Counted from the stretch's first letter, positions 1 to 9,451 are shown. The stretch: 64,000 nt of DNA from Candidatus Kapaibacterium sp. (GCA_041675005.1 JBAYUQ010000007.1:89-64088), one strand, 5' to 3'. The notes: generated by a model not told the origin, from the letters alone. Made by a program: numbers and translations.

Positions 1-479
1 TTAATTCAGAAATAGCTAAGGACCGTGAAGAACTAGCAGTTAGGATAACTGAAATAAAGGCAAAGATTGACAATGCTCAACTAGTCAAAAATACTCAAGA
101 GAATTTGACTAAGGCACAAACAGAGCTTAGAGACTACCAAAAGCAAGCTGATTCGATGACAAGGGAACTTGAAACATTAAAGTCAATGAAAACCTCAGTA
201 ACTGATGAATTACCAATCAAAGGGCTGTCTATACAAGAGGGAGAGATATTTGTTGATGACATACCTTACGATAGACTAAATACAGCTAAGAAACTCGAGA
301 TTGCTCTAGAAGTAGCAAAATTAAGAGCAGGTAAGTTGAAGCTTATTTGTGTAGATGGAATTGAAGTATTTGACTCAACTACATTAGCGAAATTCAAAGA
401 ATTAGCTAGTCAATCAGACCATCAATACATAATGACTAAGGTAAGTGATGAAGAAGAACTAACAGTAGTGAGTGAGTAA
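1..479 (+). CDS. Phage SMC/SbcC-like ATPase, C-terminal fragment (5' end outside window)
   Basis: Frame is open from base 3 with no upstream stop. Coiled-coil-like N-terminal part, then 'LKLICVDGIEVFD', which resembles the Walker B/D-loop of ABC/SMC ATPases. Stop overlaps the next ATG (TAATG). Confidence 0.4.
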   Translation, partial: NSEIAKDREELAVRITEIKAKIDNAQLVKNTQENLTKAQTELRDYQKQADSMTRELETLKSMKTSVTDELPIKGLSIQEGEIFVDDIPYDRLNTAKKLEIALEVAKLRAGKLKLICVDGIEVFDSTTLAKFKELASQSDHQYIMTKVSDEEELTVVSE

Positions 480-871
480 TGGAAGGGAAAATCACATTTA
501 AGGGGTTAGATATTGAATATGAATACCCATACTTTATCTCATCATCAGGGAGAACTATCACAAGTATCCAACCAAAGGTTACTATTGAGATTCCTGAGAT
601 ACAAATAGAAGTAGCAATAATAACTCATGTAGTTTACAACTTTGATGTAGCAATGGAATATATGAGAGATGTATTTCCACATCTCTTTATCAAAGTGCCT
701 GAATTTGATTCTGGTATTGACGACTTTAATCCGTTAGCATACTTGAATATGAAAGAGCCGATTAGACATGAATTATTTAGAAATATAATTGAGTCTGCAA
801 TGATACAAGACATACTAGAAGCAATACAAGAACACGAAAATCAAAATATACCTGAGGCAGCGAGATATTAA
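479..871 (+). CDS. hypothetical phage protein
   Basis: 130-aa ORF, translationally coupled to neighbours. No recognisable motif. Confidence 0.45.
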   Translation: MEGKITFKGLDIEYEYPYFISSSGRTITSIQPKVTIEIPEIQIEVAIITHVVYNFDVAMEYMRDVFPHLFIKVPEFDSGIDDFNPLAYLNMKEPIRHELFRNIIESAMIQDILEAIQEHENQNIPEAARY

Positions 872-1326
872 TGGAACTTAGAAAGATAAAATACAACAGC
901 GATAAAGTTGAGATCAAATATGATATTGATAACGACTCTTATAGGCTATCATCTTATGATAAGCCAAGACCAGAATTCATTGAAGCAATGCAGAAGCTAG
1001 TAGAGCCATTAGTTGAGATATGCGAATTTCAAGAAGGGTATGGAGATACTATTGATATAATAAGTGTTTCAATATCTCATTCAAAAGGAATAATGGGTGC
1101 AACAATTACAGGATTAAAGAAGCTAGATACTAGTTATGCACCATTGGTAATTAACACACCTCATTTACCAACAGAAGATTATTCTGGTAACAATCCGAAC
1201 GCACCAATATTACCAGATATTGCTGTTAAAAGAATTGAAGGATTAATTGAGGAAGCAGAGTTATATATAAATGGCAAAAGAAGCCAACTATCCATTTTGG
1301 ATGATATGGAAGTAAGTAATAATTAG
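871..1326 (+). CDS. hypothetical phage protein
   Basis: 151-aa ORF; start overlaps the previous stop. Confidence 0.45.
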   Translation: MELRKIKYNSDKVEIKYDIDNDSYRLSSYDKPRPEFIEAMQKLVEPLVEICEFQEGYGDTIDIISVSISHSKGIMGATITGLKKLDTSYAPLVINTPHLPTEDYSGNNPNAPILPDIAVKRIEGLIEEAELYINGKRSQLSILDDMEVSNN

Positions 1327-1337
1327 GAGGACACCTT

Positions 1338-1649
1338 ATGAGTGAATTAGGGAAATATCGAAAATGTGATATTTGTTGTGAATGGCACTGGACTGGTAAC
1401 AATTGTGCCCCAGCTTACGAGGTATTCCACGATGAGTATATGGGTGAGGAATCCCAAACTGTTAGAGCACATAGCTTATCTGGTGCAGCTGAAAAGTACG
1501 CACAGAAATACAATGAAGGTGATGGGGAATACACAATGATGGACGGTGAGGAAATAATCTTAAGAGTAGTTAAGGGTAGCGATGAAGCTACATTTTCGGT
1601 AAGTGCTACACCGAGTATTGATTATCATGTTAATGAGGTGGAACAATGA
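1338..1649 (+). CDS. hypothetical phage protein
   Basis: 103-aa ORF preceded by AGGAGG at 1324-1329. Confidence 0.5.
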   Translation: MSELGKYRKCDICCEWHWTGNNCAPAYEVFHDEYMGEESQTVRAHSLSGAAEKYAQKYNEGDGEYTMMDGEEIILRVVKGSDEATFSVSATPSIDYHVNEVEQ

Positions 1650-2410
1650 AATTAACAGCAGACCAAATACAAGCAATAGCAGACAGAATAACGCAACCAC
1701 TAGTCATATTTGACTTAGAGACAACAGGAATTGACAAAGCAAGAGATGAGATTGTTCAATTTTATGGCTTCAGGATAGAACCTGATGGGGAGCATACTCG
1801 GATGGAGTTCAAATGTAAACCAACTATTCCAATATCAAAGGAAGCATCGGAAGTACATGGAATCACAAATGAAGACTTAATACATGAAGAGCCATTTAGA
1901 TATTATATTCCTGATTTATTAACCTTATTCGATGGATGTATAATTGGTGGATATAATGTCTTCAACTTCGATTTACCAATTATCAATCGACAATTTGCAG
2001 AGCATGGAGAGATAGGAGTATTTAAAGAGGCCCATGTTCTCGACTCATTTAAGCTAGCAATGATTCAGCATCCTAGAGATTTATCTTCAATGCTAAAGGT
2101 TTATACTGGCGAGGATATGGAGAACGCTCACGATGCAGGAGCTGATGTTCATGCAACAGGAAAGATACTAGTAAAGCAGTTAGAGATAGATGAAGACATA
2201 GTACTTGCCATAGCAGAAAAAACAGCACCACCGCCTAATGAGAGGGTAGGATTAACTAACTCAATAATCTTTGTGGATGGTGAGCCGGAGTTCAATTTTG
2301 GAAAGCACAAGGGACAGAAATTACTTGATAATTTAAGTTATTGCCGTTGGATGTTGGGATCTGATTTTGATAATGATGTAAAGGATTTTATTAGAAATTT
2401 AATGATGTAA
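1646..2410 (+). CDS. DnaQ-like (DEDDh) 3'-5' exonuclease
   Basis: Exo I motif 'IFDLETTG' near the N-terminus and Exo III-like 'HDAGADVHATGKI'. 4-nt overlap with the upstream gene. Confidence 0.7.
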   Translation: MKLTADQIQAIADRITQPLVIFDLETTGIDKARDEIVQFYGFRIEPDGEHTRMEFKCKPTIPISKEASEVHGITNEDLIHEEPFRYYIPDLLTLFDGCIIGGYNVFNFDLPIINRQFAEHGEIGVFKEAHVLDSFKLAMIQHPRDLSSMLKVYTGEDMENAHDAGADVHATGKILVKQLEIDEDIVLAIAEKTAPPPNERVGLTNSIIFVDGEPEFNFGKHKGQKLLDNLSYCRWMLGSDFDNDVKDFIRNLMM

Positions 2411-2415
2411 ATATA

Positions 2416-2486
2416 CTCCCCTCCTCGTTCAATAACGACATAAGCTCTCCGCATTGATAGACACACTTGGAGGGGGGATTTTTAAA
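2416..2486 (+). terminator. GC-rich 9-bp stem (CTCCCCTCC / GGAGGGGGG) with an unusually large ~44-nt loop, followed by ATTTTT
   Basis: Read directly: 2416-2424 pairs with 2469-2477; T-run at 2478-2483. Lies between the exonuclease gene and the next ORF. Confidence 0.3.
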
Positions 2487-2495
2487 GAAATCGAG

Positions 2496-2798
2496 ATGGA
2501 AATGGGCAGAGCGAAAAAAATAATACATGATTATTCGGATCTAGAAAGATTCCCAAAGCGTCCAACTATAAATGATTTTTCAAATTTAGAAAAAGTAAAA
2601 TGGAACTTTGTTTACATACAAACTTTAGGACCGAATATTAGAATTTACAACCAAAAAAAGAGTGATTATATCAGCCTATGTAATTGGGATTTACATAGGA
2701 TTAATGCTCCTTTTTTCAATGATATGGATTCATATAAAAATGTAATACGAAATTATTTAAGTGAAAAAAGTATCTCTTTTCAAGAGTTTCTTTTTTAA
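2496..2798 (+). CDS. hypothetical protein (moron-like)
   Basis: ORF track starts at a TTG at 2454 inside the hairpin. The first ATG is at 2496 (MEMGRAKK...). Locally very AT-rich. No motif. Confidence 0.35.
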   Translation: MEMGRAKKIIHDYSDLERFPKRPTINDFSNLEKVKWNFVYIQTLGPNIRIYNQKKSDYISLCNWDLHRINAPFFNDMDSYKNVIRNYLSEKSISFQEFLF

Positions 2799-2838
2799 TT
2801 ATTTATTACACATACAGATAAAAGATTAACAAAGGAGA

Positions 2839-3426
2839 GTGAGGATGCGAGCAATAAAAGACCCTGTTAGAGAAACCTATGGAATGGATTATTCGGCAAG
2901 ATTTACTGATGAATTTGAAAAACTAATTGAACTGGCTAAGGAAAAGATTGAGCCGTTCAGCAAAAAAGAAATATCATACTGGACATACTATTTTGAAATT
3001 AACGGAGAGGATGTTGCAAGTGAATTTGATTGCTGTGATGATGTGAAGTGCATTGAGCAAACAAAAACAGAAATTAAAGAGCAATACGGCGAAGACACCC
3101 AAATTGAAGAAGTCTATTATGATAATGATGGTGACCATGAAAGAATTGAAATATGTTCCCAATGCGGGAAGCCATTAAATGAATGGCTAACTTGGTGTGG
3201 AGATGAGCTTAAATACATTGAAGAAAATGAATGGACTGCTGATTTCCTTAAAGAAGAAGCCTTTTTAATTCACTGTATTTTCCAAAGTATGCCTACTTGT
3301 GATAATAGAATATCTGAATATGCTAAACATCAAGGCGGAGATGTTCTGACACAAGCAATTGAAAATAGAGAGTTATTTTTTCAACGAATTGGGAAACTAG
3401 CACAATGCGTTATAGGTTATTTTTAA
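2839..3426 (+). CDS. hypothetical phage protein, Cys-rich
   Basis: 195-aa ORF with AAAGGAG leader. Several Cys pairs (CCDDVKC, CSQCGKP, WCGDEL); possible zinc-binding. Confidence 0.5.
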   Translation: MRMRAIKDPVRETYGMDYSARFTDEFEKLIELAKEKIEPFSKKEISYWTYYFEINGEDVASEFDCCDDVKCIEQTKTEIKEQYGEDTQIEEVYYDNDGDHERIEICSQCGKPLNEWLTWCGDELKYIEENEWTADFLKEEAFLIHCIFQSMPTCDNRISEYAKHQGGDVLTQAIENRELFFQRIGKLAQCVIGYF

Positions 3427-3435
3427 CAAAGGAGT

Positions 3436-3705
3436 ATGATTATGGTATCAATACCACAACTAATTAAGAAAGGAGATAGAAGTGTATTATTAGGTATGCA
3501 CAAGACTCCGCCTGCAGTTGATTGTAGGGTATGGGCTGAAGACAACTATCAAGAAGTCATTGATATGTTATCAGAGATTAGACAGTATGACATTGAGAGT
3601 TATGTAAATAGTGGAACAGCTCTATTGCCTCATCAGTTGAGACAAAGAATTCAGAAGTTTTTAGAACTCAATGATCGTAAATTTAAAGTAAGAATTACAG
3701 AGTAA
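3436..3705 (+). CDS. hypothetical phage protein
   Basis: 89-aa ORF, AAAGGAG leader. Confidence 0.4.
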   Translation: MIMVSIPQLIKKGDRSVLLGMHKTPPAVDCRVWAEDNYQEVIDMLSEIRQYDIESYVNSGTALLPHQLRQRIQKFLELNDRKFKVRITE

Positions 3706-3716
3706 AGGAGAATTAA

Positions 3717-3935
3717 ATGGGTGGGTTACAAAGACTCTGCAAGATATACGGACGGCTTCAAGTAAAAGATAAGCATGGCAACTCTACAATGTGGGTTTGG
3801 GATTACAAGAATGATAAGCCAATGTTAGAATCAGAGATGACAAAAGAAACAACTATGGAAAGCGACAAAGCCAAGTATAATTTAATTAAAGAACACTTGG
3901 ATAAAGAGAATATACTATTTGGGGAGTTAAAATGA
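3717..3935 (+). CDS. hypothetical phage protein
   Basis: 72-aa ORF, AAGGAG leader. Confidence 0.35.
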   Translation: MGGLQRLCKIYGRLQVKDKHGNSTMWVWDYKNDKPMLESEMTKETTMESDKAKYNLIKEHLDKENILFGELK

Positions 3936-4291
3936 TTTTAGGATTCAAAAAACAGTTTATAGAACCGATTAAAAACGGTACAAAGATTCACACAATTCGT
4001 GAAGATAAACCAGGTAGATGGAAAGCTGGGAATATAATCCACTTTGCTACTGGTATACGAACAAAAGAATATAATCAGTTCCACGAAGGTAAATGCAAAT
4101 CAACACAGAAAATTGTGATTAGTTATAGTCACCCAAGACCTTGTATTTATATAGATGATAAAGTCTTTTGGGATTTTGAAGCTGAAAAGGTGGCTCTAAA
4201 TGACGGATTTGATTCATTAGAAGATTTCTTCAAGTGGTTTAACAAAGACTTCACTGGTAAGATTATTCATTGGACAGATTATAAATATTAG
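3932..4291 (+). CDS. ASCH/PUA-like domain protein (putative)
   Basis: N-terminus 'MILGFKKQFIEPIKNGTKIHTIR' resembles the ASCH beta-barrel start (F..I..G.K..E.R). Tentative. Confidence 0.35.
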   Translation: MILGFKKQFIEPIKNGTKIHTIREDKPGRWKAGNIIHFATGIRTKEYNQFHEGKCKSTQKIVISYSHPRPCIYIDDKVFWDFEAEKVALNDGFDSLEDFFKWFNKDFTGKIIHWTDYKY

Positions 4292-4301
4292 GAGATTAAC
4301 A

Positions 4302-4739
4302 ATGAAAGTTAAAAACTACACATCAACAGTCCCAGCTTCACGATCAATGGCAAGAATAGAAGAACTCTTGGTAGAGGTTGGAGCTAAAAACATCAACAAA
4401 GAATACGTTGACAAAAAGGTAACAGCATTCTATTTTTTAGTAGACGTGAATCAGAAGAGTATGTTATTTAAACTGCCTGCGAAAGCAGAAGCAATAGAGA
4501 AAGTACTCAAAGCTGAGGTTAAGAAACCACAAGCTAATACTTATAAGAACATTGAAGCTCAATCTGAAAGGACAGCATGGAAGATTATTTGTGATTGGGT
4601 AGAAATCCAATGCACTATGATATATTTAGAGCAGGCAGAGCTTGCTCAAGTGTTCCTACCTTATAGTTATGATACCAAGAGTGAAACAACTCTGTGGGAG
4701 CAGGTTAAAAATAATGATTTTAAAATATTGCAAGAATGA
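4302..4739 (+). CDS. hypothetical phage protein
   Basis: 145-aa ORF, TAGGAG leader. Last gene before the bidirectional terminator. Confidence 0.45.
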   Translation: MKVKNYTSTVPASRSMARIEELLVEVGAKNINKEYVDKKVTAFYFLVDVNQKSMLFKLPAKAEAIEKVLKAEVKKPQANTYKNIEAQSERTAWKIICDWVEIQCTMIYLEQAELAQVFLPYSYDTKSETTLWEQVKNNDFKILQE

Positions 4740-4750
4740 TATAAGTGATT

Positions 4751-4779
4751 GATATAAAAAAAAAGGGCCTTTGCCCTTT
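4751..4779. terminator. Bidirectional rho-independent terminator
   Basis: AAAAAAAAGGGCctttGCCCTTTTTTTT between convergent genes 4302-4739(+) and 4809-6164(-). Confidence 0.75.
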
Positions 4780-4808
4780 TTTTTATATTATTGCTTTAAC
4801 AATTTTAT

Positions 4809-6164
4809 TTAATACTTAATAAATTTTGTATATACAACTTCTTGATTTGCAAATCTTATATAATACACACCAGTATTCAAATTTGAAATATCTAATTGGG
4901 CATTAAATAAATTCCCAATAATATTGGTATATTTAATTTCATTTATTTTTTGTAAACTGCCTTTAGAATCATATAATTTCATGTCTAGGTTTGATAATCT
5001 TTTATCATATATATATATTTCAATGTTAAGATATTCACTATTATTGGGATTAGGGTACGTATTTGTAATTAATAAATTAGCCAACCCCCATTGCTTGTCA
5101 GGATCCTCAACAGATGAAATAGTAAGTAAATCAGGAGCGTAAGCCTTGAATATACCTGAGCTTAATGTACCCACCCATAAAGTATCATTCTCATCTATGT
5201 CCATTGTAGTTATATACCACATATTATCTATATCATCACCTAATATTTTAGGTTTTGGAATAAGTATCGTGTCTGATAAATTTGTGAAATATAATTTATC
5301 CCCAAGTGCATAGAATAATCCATTATTATTATAATCAACAACGGAAGTAATTTGAGTAATATCCCAATCAGGATTTCTAAAAGTTAAATGAAATGCAGGA
5401 TATAAAAGATCTTTGCTCATAACCAATAATGTTGCAGAGGAATCCTTATTTACATAATTAAAATAGTAACTTAATCCTGAATCGAAAAACCCATAGAATT
5501 CTTTAATATTAGAAGTATCAAATTGTAATCTGTCATTTATATTTTTAACTTGCCCAGAACTAAATTCTAATAAGTTCAATTCTGTGTTTGTGCTAAAAAG
5601 TGCCTTATGAGTTTCATTAACTTCTAAAATTAAAGCACCACCAGTTCCAATTTGTGTTTCTTCATTTGGCATAATTAATTTCTCGTTTGGTAATTGTTTG
5701 TATTTATTATTAGCTATGTCCCAAGCAAATTTTACCATTTCTCTTGAAATTAATGTCAATACTAAAGTATCATTTGGAGTTAGAGAAATCCCACGATTGA
5801 ACTGTATATAATTAATATCATTTGCTCCTAATACTGTCCAATTTTTGCCGTCATACCAAGCAATACCATTATTATTCCTCCCTATCAAATTCCCATGTTT
5901 ATCTAATGTTAAACTTCTGAGTCCACAAAAGAAAAGCTCTTCTACAACAGGGTTTGCATCTTTAGGTACAAATAATCCGTTTTCATACTTGTAGATTTCG
6001 GTTGGAGTGGACAACCACTTTTCACCATTTAATATTTTGAATTCCGTAATAGTGCTAATTTTACTACCTTGATTATCCAAATTCACCCATTCCCAGTCTG
6101 AAGAGAATAAATTCAAACAGGAAAAATAAGATAATATAATAATAGTTGTGAAGAGCTTTTTCAT
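4809..6164 (-). CDS. T9SS-sorted secreted protein with beta-propeller-like repeats
   Basis: N-terminal signal peptide. C-terminal ~80 aa match the Por/T9SS C-terminal sorting domain (YPNP...LYD.KG....I.NL.TGVYYIRF...VYTKFIK). Internal 'WYDGKNW' and 'LWVGTLSSGIF' resemble two-component-regulator propeller repeats. Confidence 0.65.
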   Translation of the reverse strand: MKKLFTTIIILSYFSCLNLFSSDWEWVNLDNQGSKISTITEFKILNGEKWLSTPTEIYKYENGLFVPKDANPVVEELFFCGLRSLTLDKHGNLIGRNNNGIAWYDGKNWTVLGANDINYIQFNRGISLTPNDTLVLTLISREMVKFAWDIANNKYKQLPNEKLIMPNEETQIGTGGALILEVNETHKALFSTNTELNLLEFSSGQVKNINDRLQFDTSNIKEFYGFFDSGLSYYFNYVNKDSSATLLVMSKDLLYPAFHLTFRNPDWDITQITSVVDYNNNGLFYALGDKLYFTNLSDTILIPKPKILGDDIDNMWYITTMDIDENDTLWVGTLSSGIFKAYAPDLLTISSVEDPDKQWGLANLLITNTYPNPNNSEYLNIEIYIYDKRLSNLDMKLYDSKGSLQKINEIKYTNIIGNLFNAQLDISNLNTGVYYIRFANQEVVYTKFIKY

Positions 6165-6176
6165 TTTAGATACCTT

Positions 6177-6977
6177 TTACCAGTTTGCTATGTTTGTAAT
6201 GTCAAATTGATTTAAATAATAAGTGTCCTCATAATTCAACACATCTGAATCTGTAGGGTCTTTTTTCTTTGTAGTAGATGGAAAACAATCTCCAGGATAG
6301 CAATCATATGTTTGTTGAGTTATAGGTTCATAATAATCCCCAGGACATTCTGTTCCACCAGTTGTAATAAGGGTCCTTTGAAATGTTGAATATTGAACAC
6401 CGTTATTAATAACATAACAATACTTATATTCATATTTACAGTACCCTTCTGTATTACAAGGTGATTTTACCAACCTTCCACCTTGTGTTGTCCACTCATA
6501 ATAAGCTTCAGACAAACACTTAGCTGAATATACATCATAAAATTTATTATTATAATTTGGACATTCACTAATTGACCCATCTCCGAATATATTCATTTGA
6601 TTAACAATAACACTCACTGCTCTATCATGCATCAACGCTTTCTTCTTGTTATATTCGTTTAAACAACTTGAAAACCACCACCAAGGTGTTGATCCTGAAA
6701 CTACTTGTCTTCCTAGTATAATCTCTTTTTTACCATTAACAGTTCTATAACACCACTCATACTCTACCCAACAACTTGCCGTTATATGAACTCTTGTATT
6801 TGGTGTACCAGGTGTCCAAGCAGGTGTTGTACTTACACCATTTGGAATCCAATTACATTGAGCACTTAATTCATTTGCTCCAGATAATAAGAGTAAGGCA
6901 GTAAGACTAAACATTAATATCATAGTTTTAACTAGACTTCTACCTAAATATTCTTTGTAATCTATTACTCTTTCCAT
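6177..6977 (-). CDS. secreted Cys/Trp/Tyr-rich hypothetical protein
   Basis: Signal peptide (MILMFSLTALLLLSGANELSAQ; the true start is probably this internal Met). Mature part has ~18 Cys and many W/Y. No known motif. Confidence 0.45.
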   Translation of the reverse strand: MERVIDYKEYLGRSLVKTMILMFSLTALLLLSGANELSAQCNWIPNGVSTTPAWTPGTPNTRVHITASCWVEYEWCYRTVNGKKEIILGRQVVSGSTPWWWFSSCLNEYNKKKALMHDRAVSVIVNQMNIFGDGSISECPNYNNKFYDVYSAKCLSEAYYEWTTQGGRLVKSPCNTEGYCKYEYKYCYVINNGVQYSTFQRTLITTGGTECPGDYYEPITQQTYDCYPGDCFPSTTKKKDPTDSDVLNYEDTYYLNQFDITNIANW

Positions 6978-7066
6978 AAAAATACCTCTAAAATGTTTTA
7001 AAAATAAAATTAAAGAGTTAAGTTTGTAAGTATCAAATTTGGATGTAGTAATTTTTTTTTGATACT

Positions 7067-7108
7067 AGGTCGATCTTAACTCAAAAAGTTTTTATCGACC
7101 TTTTTATT
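7067..7108 (+). terminator. Hairpin AGGTCGAT-N19-ATCGACCT followed by TTTTTATTT (terminator-like on + strand only)
   Basis: Read directly. On the minus strand the hairpin is followed by an A-run, so it is orientation-specific. Confidence 0.3.
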
Positions 7109-7203
7109 TCATAATCATTTTACCCTCCTGAAAATATAAAATATAAAAAATACTTTCTCAATTCTTATTGCAAAATTATAAAATTGAATTAAATTCATAT
7201 TAC

Positions 7204-7249
7204 TCTAAAAGTTCAGTGAGGAATTTTTAGACCCCACTGAACTTTTAAG
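7204..7249. promoter_or_regulatory. Palindromic copy pair of the motif TAAAAGTTCAGTG (12-bp perfect inverted repeat, 17-nt spacer)
   Basis: CTCTAAAAGTTCAGTGAGG at 7204-7222 and its reverse complement at 7232-7249. The same 14-mer recurs at 9475-9488 and 9526-9539. Confidence 0.5.
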
Positions 7250-7261
7250 TTAATCAGATAA

Positions 7262-7534
7262 TTATGAATGATTTGTAATAGTTTCTTCTTTGGGCTCTCC
7301 CCAACCTTCTAATACCGTTTTTAAAGTAGCCCCCATTATTGTACCCGAAGGACCTAATTCAGAAGGTAGAACACAAGAATTAGGTGCTGAAAACATTGAT
7401 TCATATACAACAAGCCATTCACTTTGACCATCTTGTTTATATTTAAGTTTTAGCCCTTGCGTACCTAAAGGTAAATCATATGTTAGAGTATTATTCGTCC
7501 AATTGTAATTCGTTGGTGAACTTGATGTTGACAT
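7262..7534 (-). CDS. hypothetical protein (uncertain)
   Basis: 90-aa ORF overlapping the 3' end of the TPR gene by 44 nt in another frame. Could be real or an artefact. Confidence 0.25.
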   Translation of the reverse strand: MSTSSSPTNYNWTNNTLTYDLPLGTQGLKLKYKQDGQSEWLVVYESMFSAPNSCVLPSELGPSGTIMGATLKTVLEGWGEPKEETITNHS

Positions 7535-8930
7535 TTTGTCTCCTATTTGATAATTTTAAATTAGATAAATGTTCCGATACCTTATTGGAACCTTTTTGTA
7601 AGTCTTCTATTGTTTTTACAAACATATCATCATCTGTAAATATATTACTCAATAACATTAGGTTCGTCATTTTGGCAATATTATTCTGAACATCAGTTTT
7701 GTGCATTAATCTTGTTTCTTCATTATAGTTATTAACTGTTTTCTTAAATGCTGAAAGAACATTTTTCGTTATGATATACTTAATTGTTATTGGTATTAAG
7801 AGAACTAAAACAAAGATTAGTATTGATAAAAACTCTACACTTGTCCATGCAAATTTGACTTCCTTATTTAATTCAATGATAGTTCTTTCTATTTCTTCCT
7901 TTATGATTAATTCATTTTCTAATTCATTAGAATATAGTTCTGCTTCTTCAGTTCTAAATTTTAAGATTAAATCACTCCTATTAAAATTGGATTTAATATT
8001 CAAATTTCTAACGACAATACTAAAAAACTTAGTAATCTCAATAGCTTGAACGAAATTATTATTTTCAGTATAAATCGAATTTGCTTTATTTAAATATGTT
8101 ACAGCATTTTTAAAGTTATTTTTATAAAGTGAGTAGATAGATGCTTTAAAATTAGCATCAGCTATTTCCTCAGGACCAAGTTTATCCGAATCAACTAAGT
8201 ATTCTTCGAAATCATCTTCATTGTTTATAGTATCTCCAGCGGCTATGAAATAAAGATTTCGATTTGTAACAAAAAAGAGTCTATCATTTCTATTAGTATT
8301 CTCGCTTAGATTATTTAAAACTTTATCAGCATATAACTTAGAATTTGAATAATCTTCTTTTTTTGAATAGACAACCCCTATACTGTTCCAAATCTGATTA
8401 ATGATTCTACTATCTTCAATATCTGCTACTTTTAAAGCGAGATAATAGTATTTCAATGCTAATTCAAGTTTATTTAAATAAACCGAAGCATGCCCTAAGT
8501 TTATATAATTATGAGTTAACCTTTCATTAAGTCCAATCTCTTTATTAATTTCAATACATTTCTTTAAATAAAATATAGCATTTTGATTAAGTCCTTTTCT
8601 AATGTAGCAAACTGATAAGTCATTCAATACAGTAGAGTAGAGCTTTTGATTTATAGAATTTTTTAGCAATTTTTCTGAAATTAAAAAGTACTTTAGTGCA
8701 GAGTCTAACTCACCTAATCCTATATAATTGGAACCTAATCCAAAATATGCTTCACTCATTTCATCTCTATTTTTCATAGAGTTTAAATTATCTAAACAAC
8801 TTTCAATTTTATGTATTGAACTTGAATACTTTCCTTTCTTATAAAGTTCTTTACTCTCATTAATGCATGTGTTACTAAACATATGATTAGTTGACAATAT
8901 AAGAACAAATGTATATATCAGCACTTTCAT
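7491..8930 (-). CDS. TPR-repeat membrane sensor-like protein (extracytoplasmic TPR domain, one TM, short cytoplasmic tail)
   Basis: Signal peptide, then ~7 TPR-like repeats (AYFGLGSNYIGLGELDSALKYF, LALKYYYLALKV...), a coiled-coil, a TM segment (FLSILIFVLVLLIPITI) and a ~95-aa tail. No kinase or HTH domain seen. Confidence 0.55.
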   Translation of the reverse strand: MKVLIYTFVLILSTNHMFSNTCINESKELYKKGKYSSSIHKIESCLDNLNSMKNRDEMSEAYFGLGSNYIGLGELDSALKYFLISEKLLKNSINQKLYSTVLNDLSVCYIRKGLNQNAIFYLKKCIEINKEIGLNERLTHNYINLGHASVYLNKLELALKYYYLALKVADIEDSRIINQIWNSIGVVYSKKEDYSNSKLYADKVLNNLSENTNRNDRLFFVTNRNLYFIAAGDTINNEDDFEEYLVDSDKLGPEEIADANFKASIYSLYKNNFKNAVTYLNKANSIYTENNNFVQAIEITKFFSIVVRNLNIKSNFNRSDLILKFRTEEAELYSNELENELIIKEEIERTIIELNKEVKFAWTSVEFLSILIFVLVLLIPITIKYIITKNVLSAFKKTVNNYNEETRLMHKTDVQNNIAKMTNLMLLSNIFTDDDMFVKTIEDLQKGSNKVSEHLSNLKLSNRRQNVNIKFTNELQLDE

Positions 8931-9451
8931 TTTTTTATCTCTTTTAATCTATTTCCAATAATATTATTTGCATAGCAATCACCTTCTCCAGTAATGCTCC
9001 AACTAATATTACAGCCTGAGCTCTCTATTCTTTTTAAAATTAAATATGGTATGAATTTTTCGTTTTCAAAGAGTTGTCTTATTTCACCCTTTTTGAAATC
9101 ACGTGCTATTTCATACTCGATAATATTCTCATAATTTGATTCTATCCAAGCTTTAATTCTTTCCTTTTGTATATGGTAATCAAACTCCTCATTGACAATA
9201 GAACTATTTCTATTCTCATCGGGATTCCATTTAGATTTACCAATTCCAGCATAGAGCCAATCAATTGAATATCCAGCTCTAAATATCCTTAGACTAATTT
9301 TTTGAATATTATTCTCTTGCTTTAAATATTTATTTAAAGACTGATGAGATATATCAATTTCATTGGCGAACTCAGATTTAGTTAGTCCTGATAATCTAAA
9401 TAACTTTCTAAATCTTTCAATAATGTCATTTTCATTGTTCGAATTTATCAT
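8927..9451 (-). CDS. XRE/Cro-like helix-turn-helix regulator
   Basis: N-terminal 'SGLTKSEFANEIDISHQSLNKYLKQE' is an HTH_XRE-like signature. 4-nt overlap with the downstream TPR gene (operon). Confidence 0.5.
   Translation of the reverse strand: MINSNNENDIIERFRKLFRLSGLTKSEFANEIDISHQSLNKYLKQENNIQKISLRIFRAGYSIDWLYAGIGKSKWNPDENRNSSIVNEEFDYHIQKERIKAWIESNYENIIEYEIARDFKKGEIRQLFENEKFIPYLILKRIESSGCNISWSITGEGDCYANNIIGNRLKEIKK

Noticed and set aside
2454-2495. TTG start at 2454 for the ORF called 2454-2798
   Set aside because: That start lies inside the loop of the 2416-2477 hairpin and gives an odd N-terminus (MIDTLGGGIF from the G-rich stem). The ATG at 2496 is more plausible.
7262-7534. Possible programmed frameshift joining the TPR-sensor ORF to the overlapping 90-aa ORF
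   Set aside because: The 44-nt overlap has no slippery heptamer that I can see, and the 90-aa product has no recognisable domain that would complete the sensor. More likely a separate small gene or an artefact.
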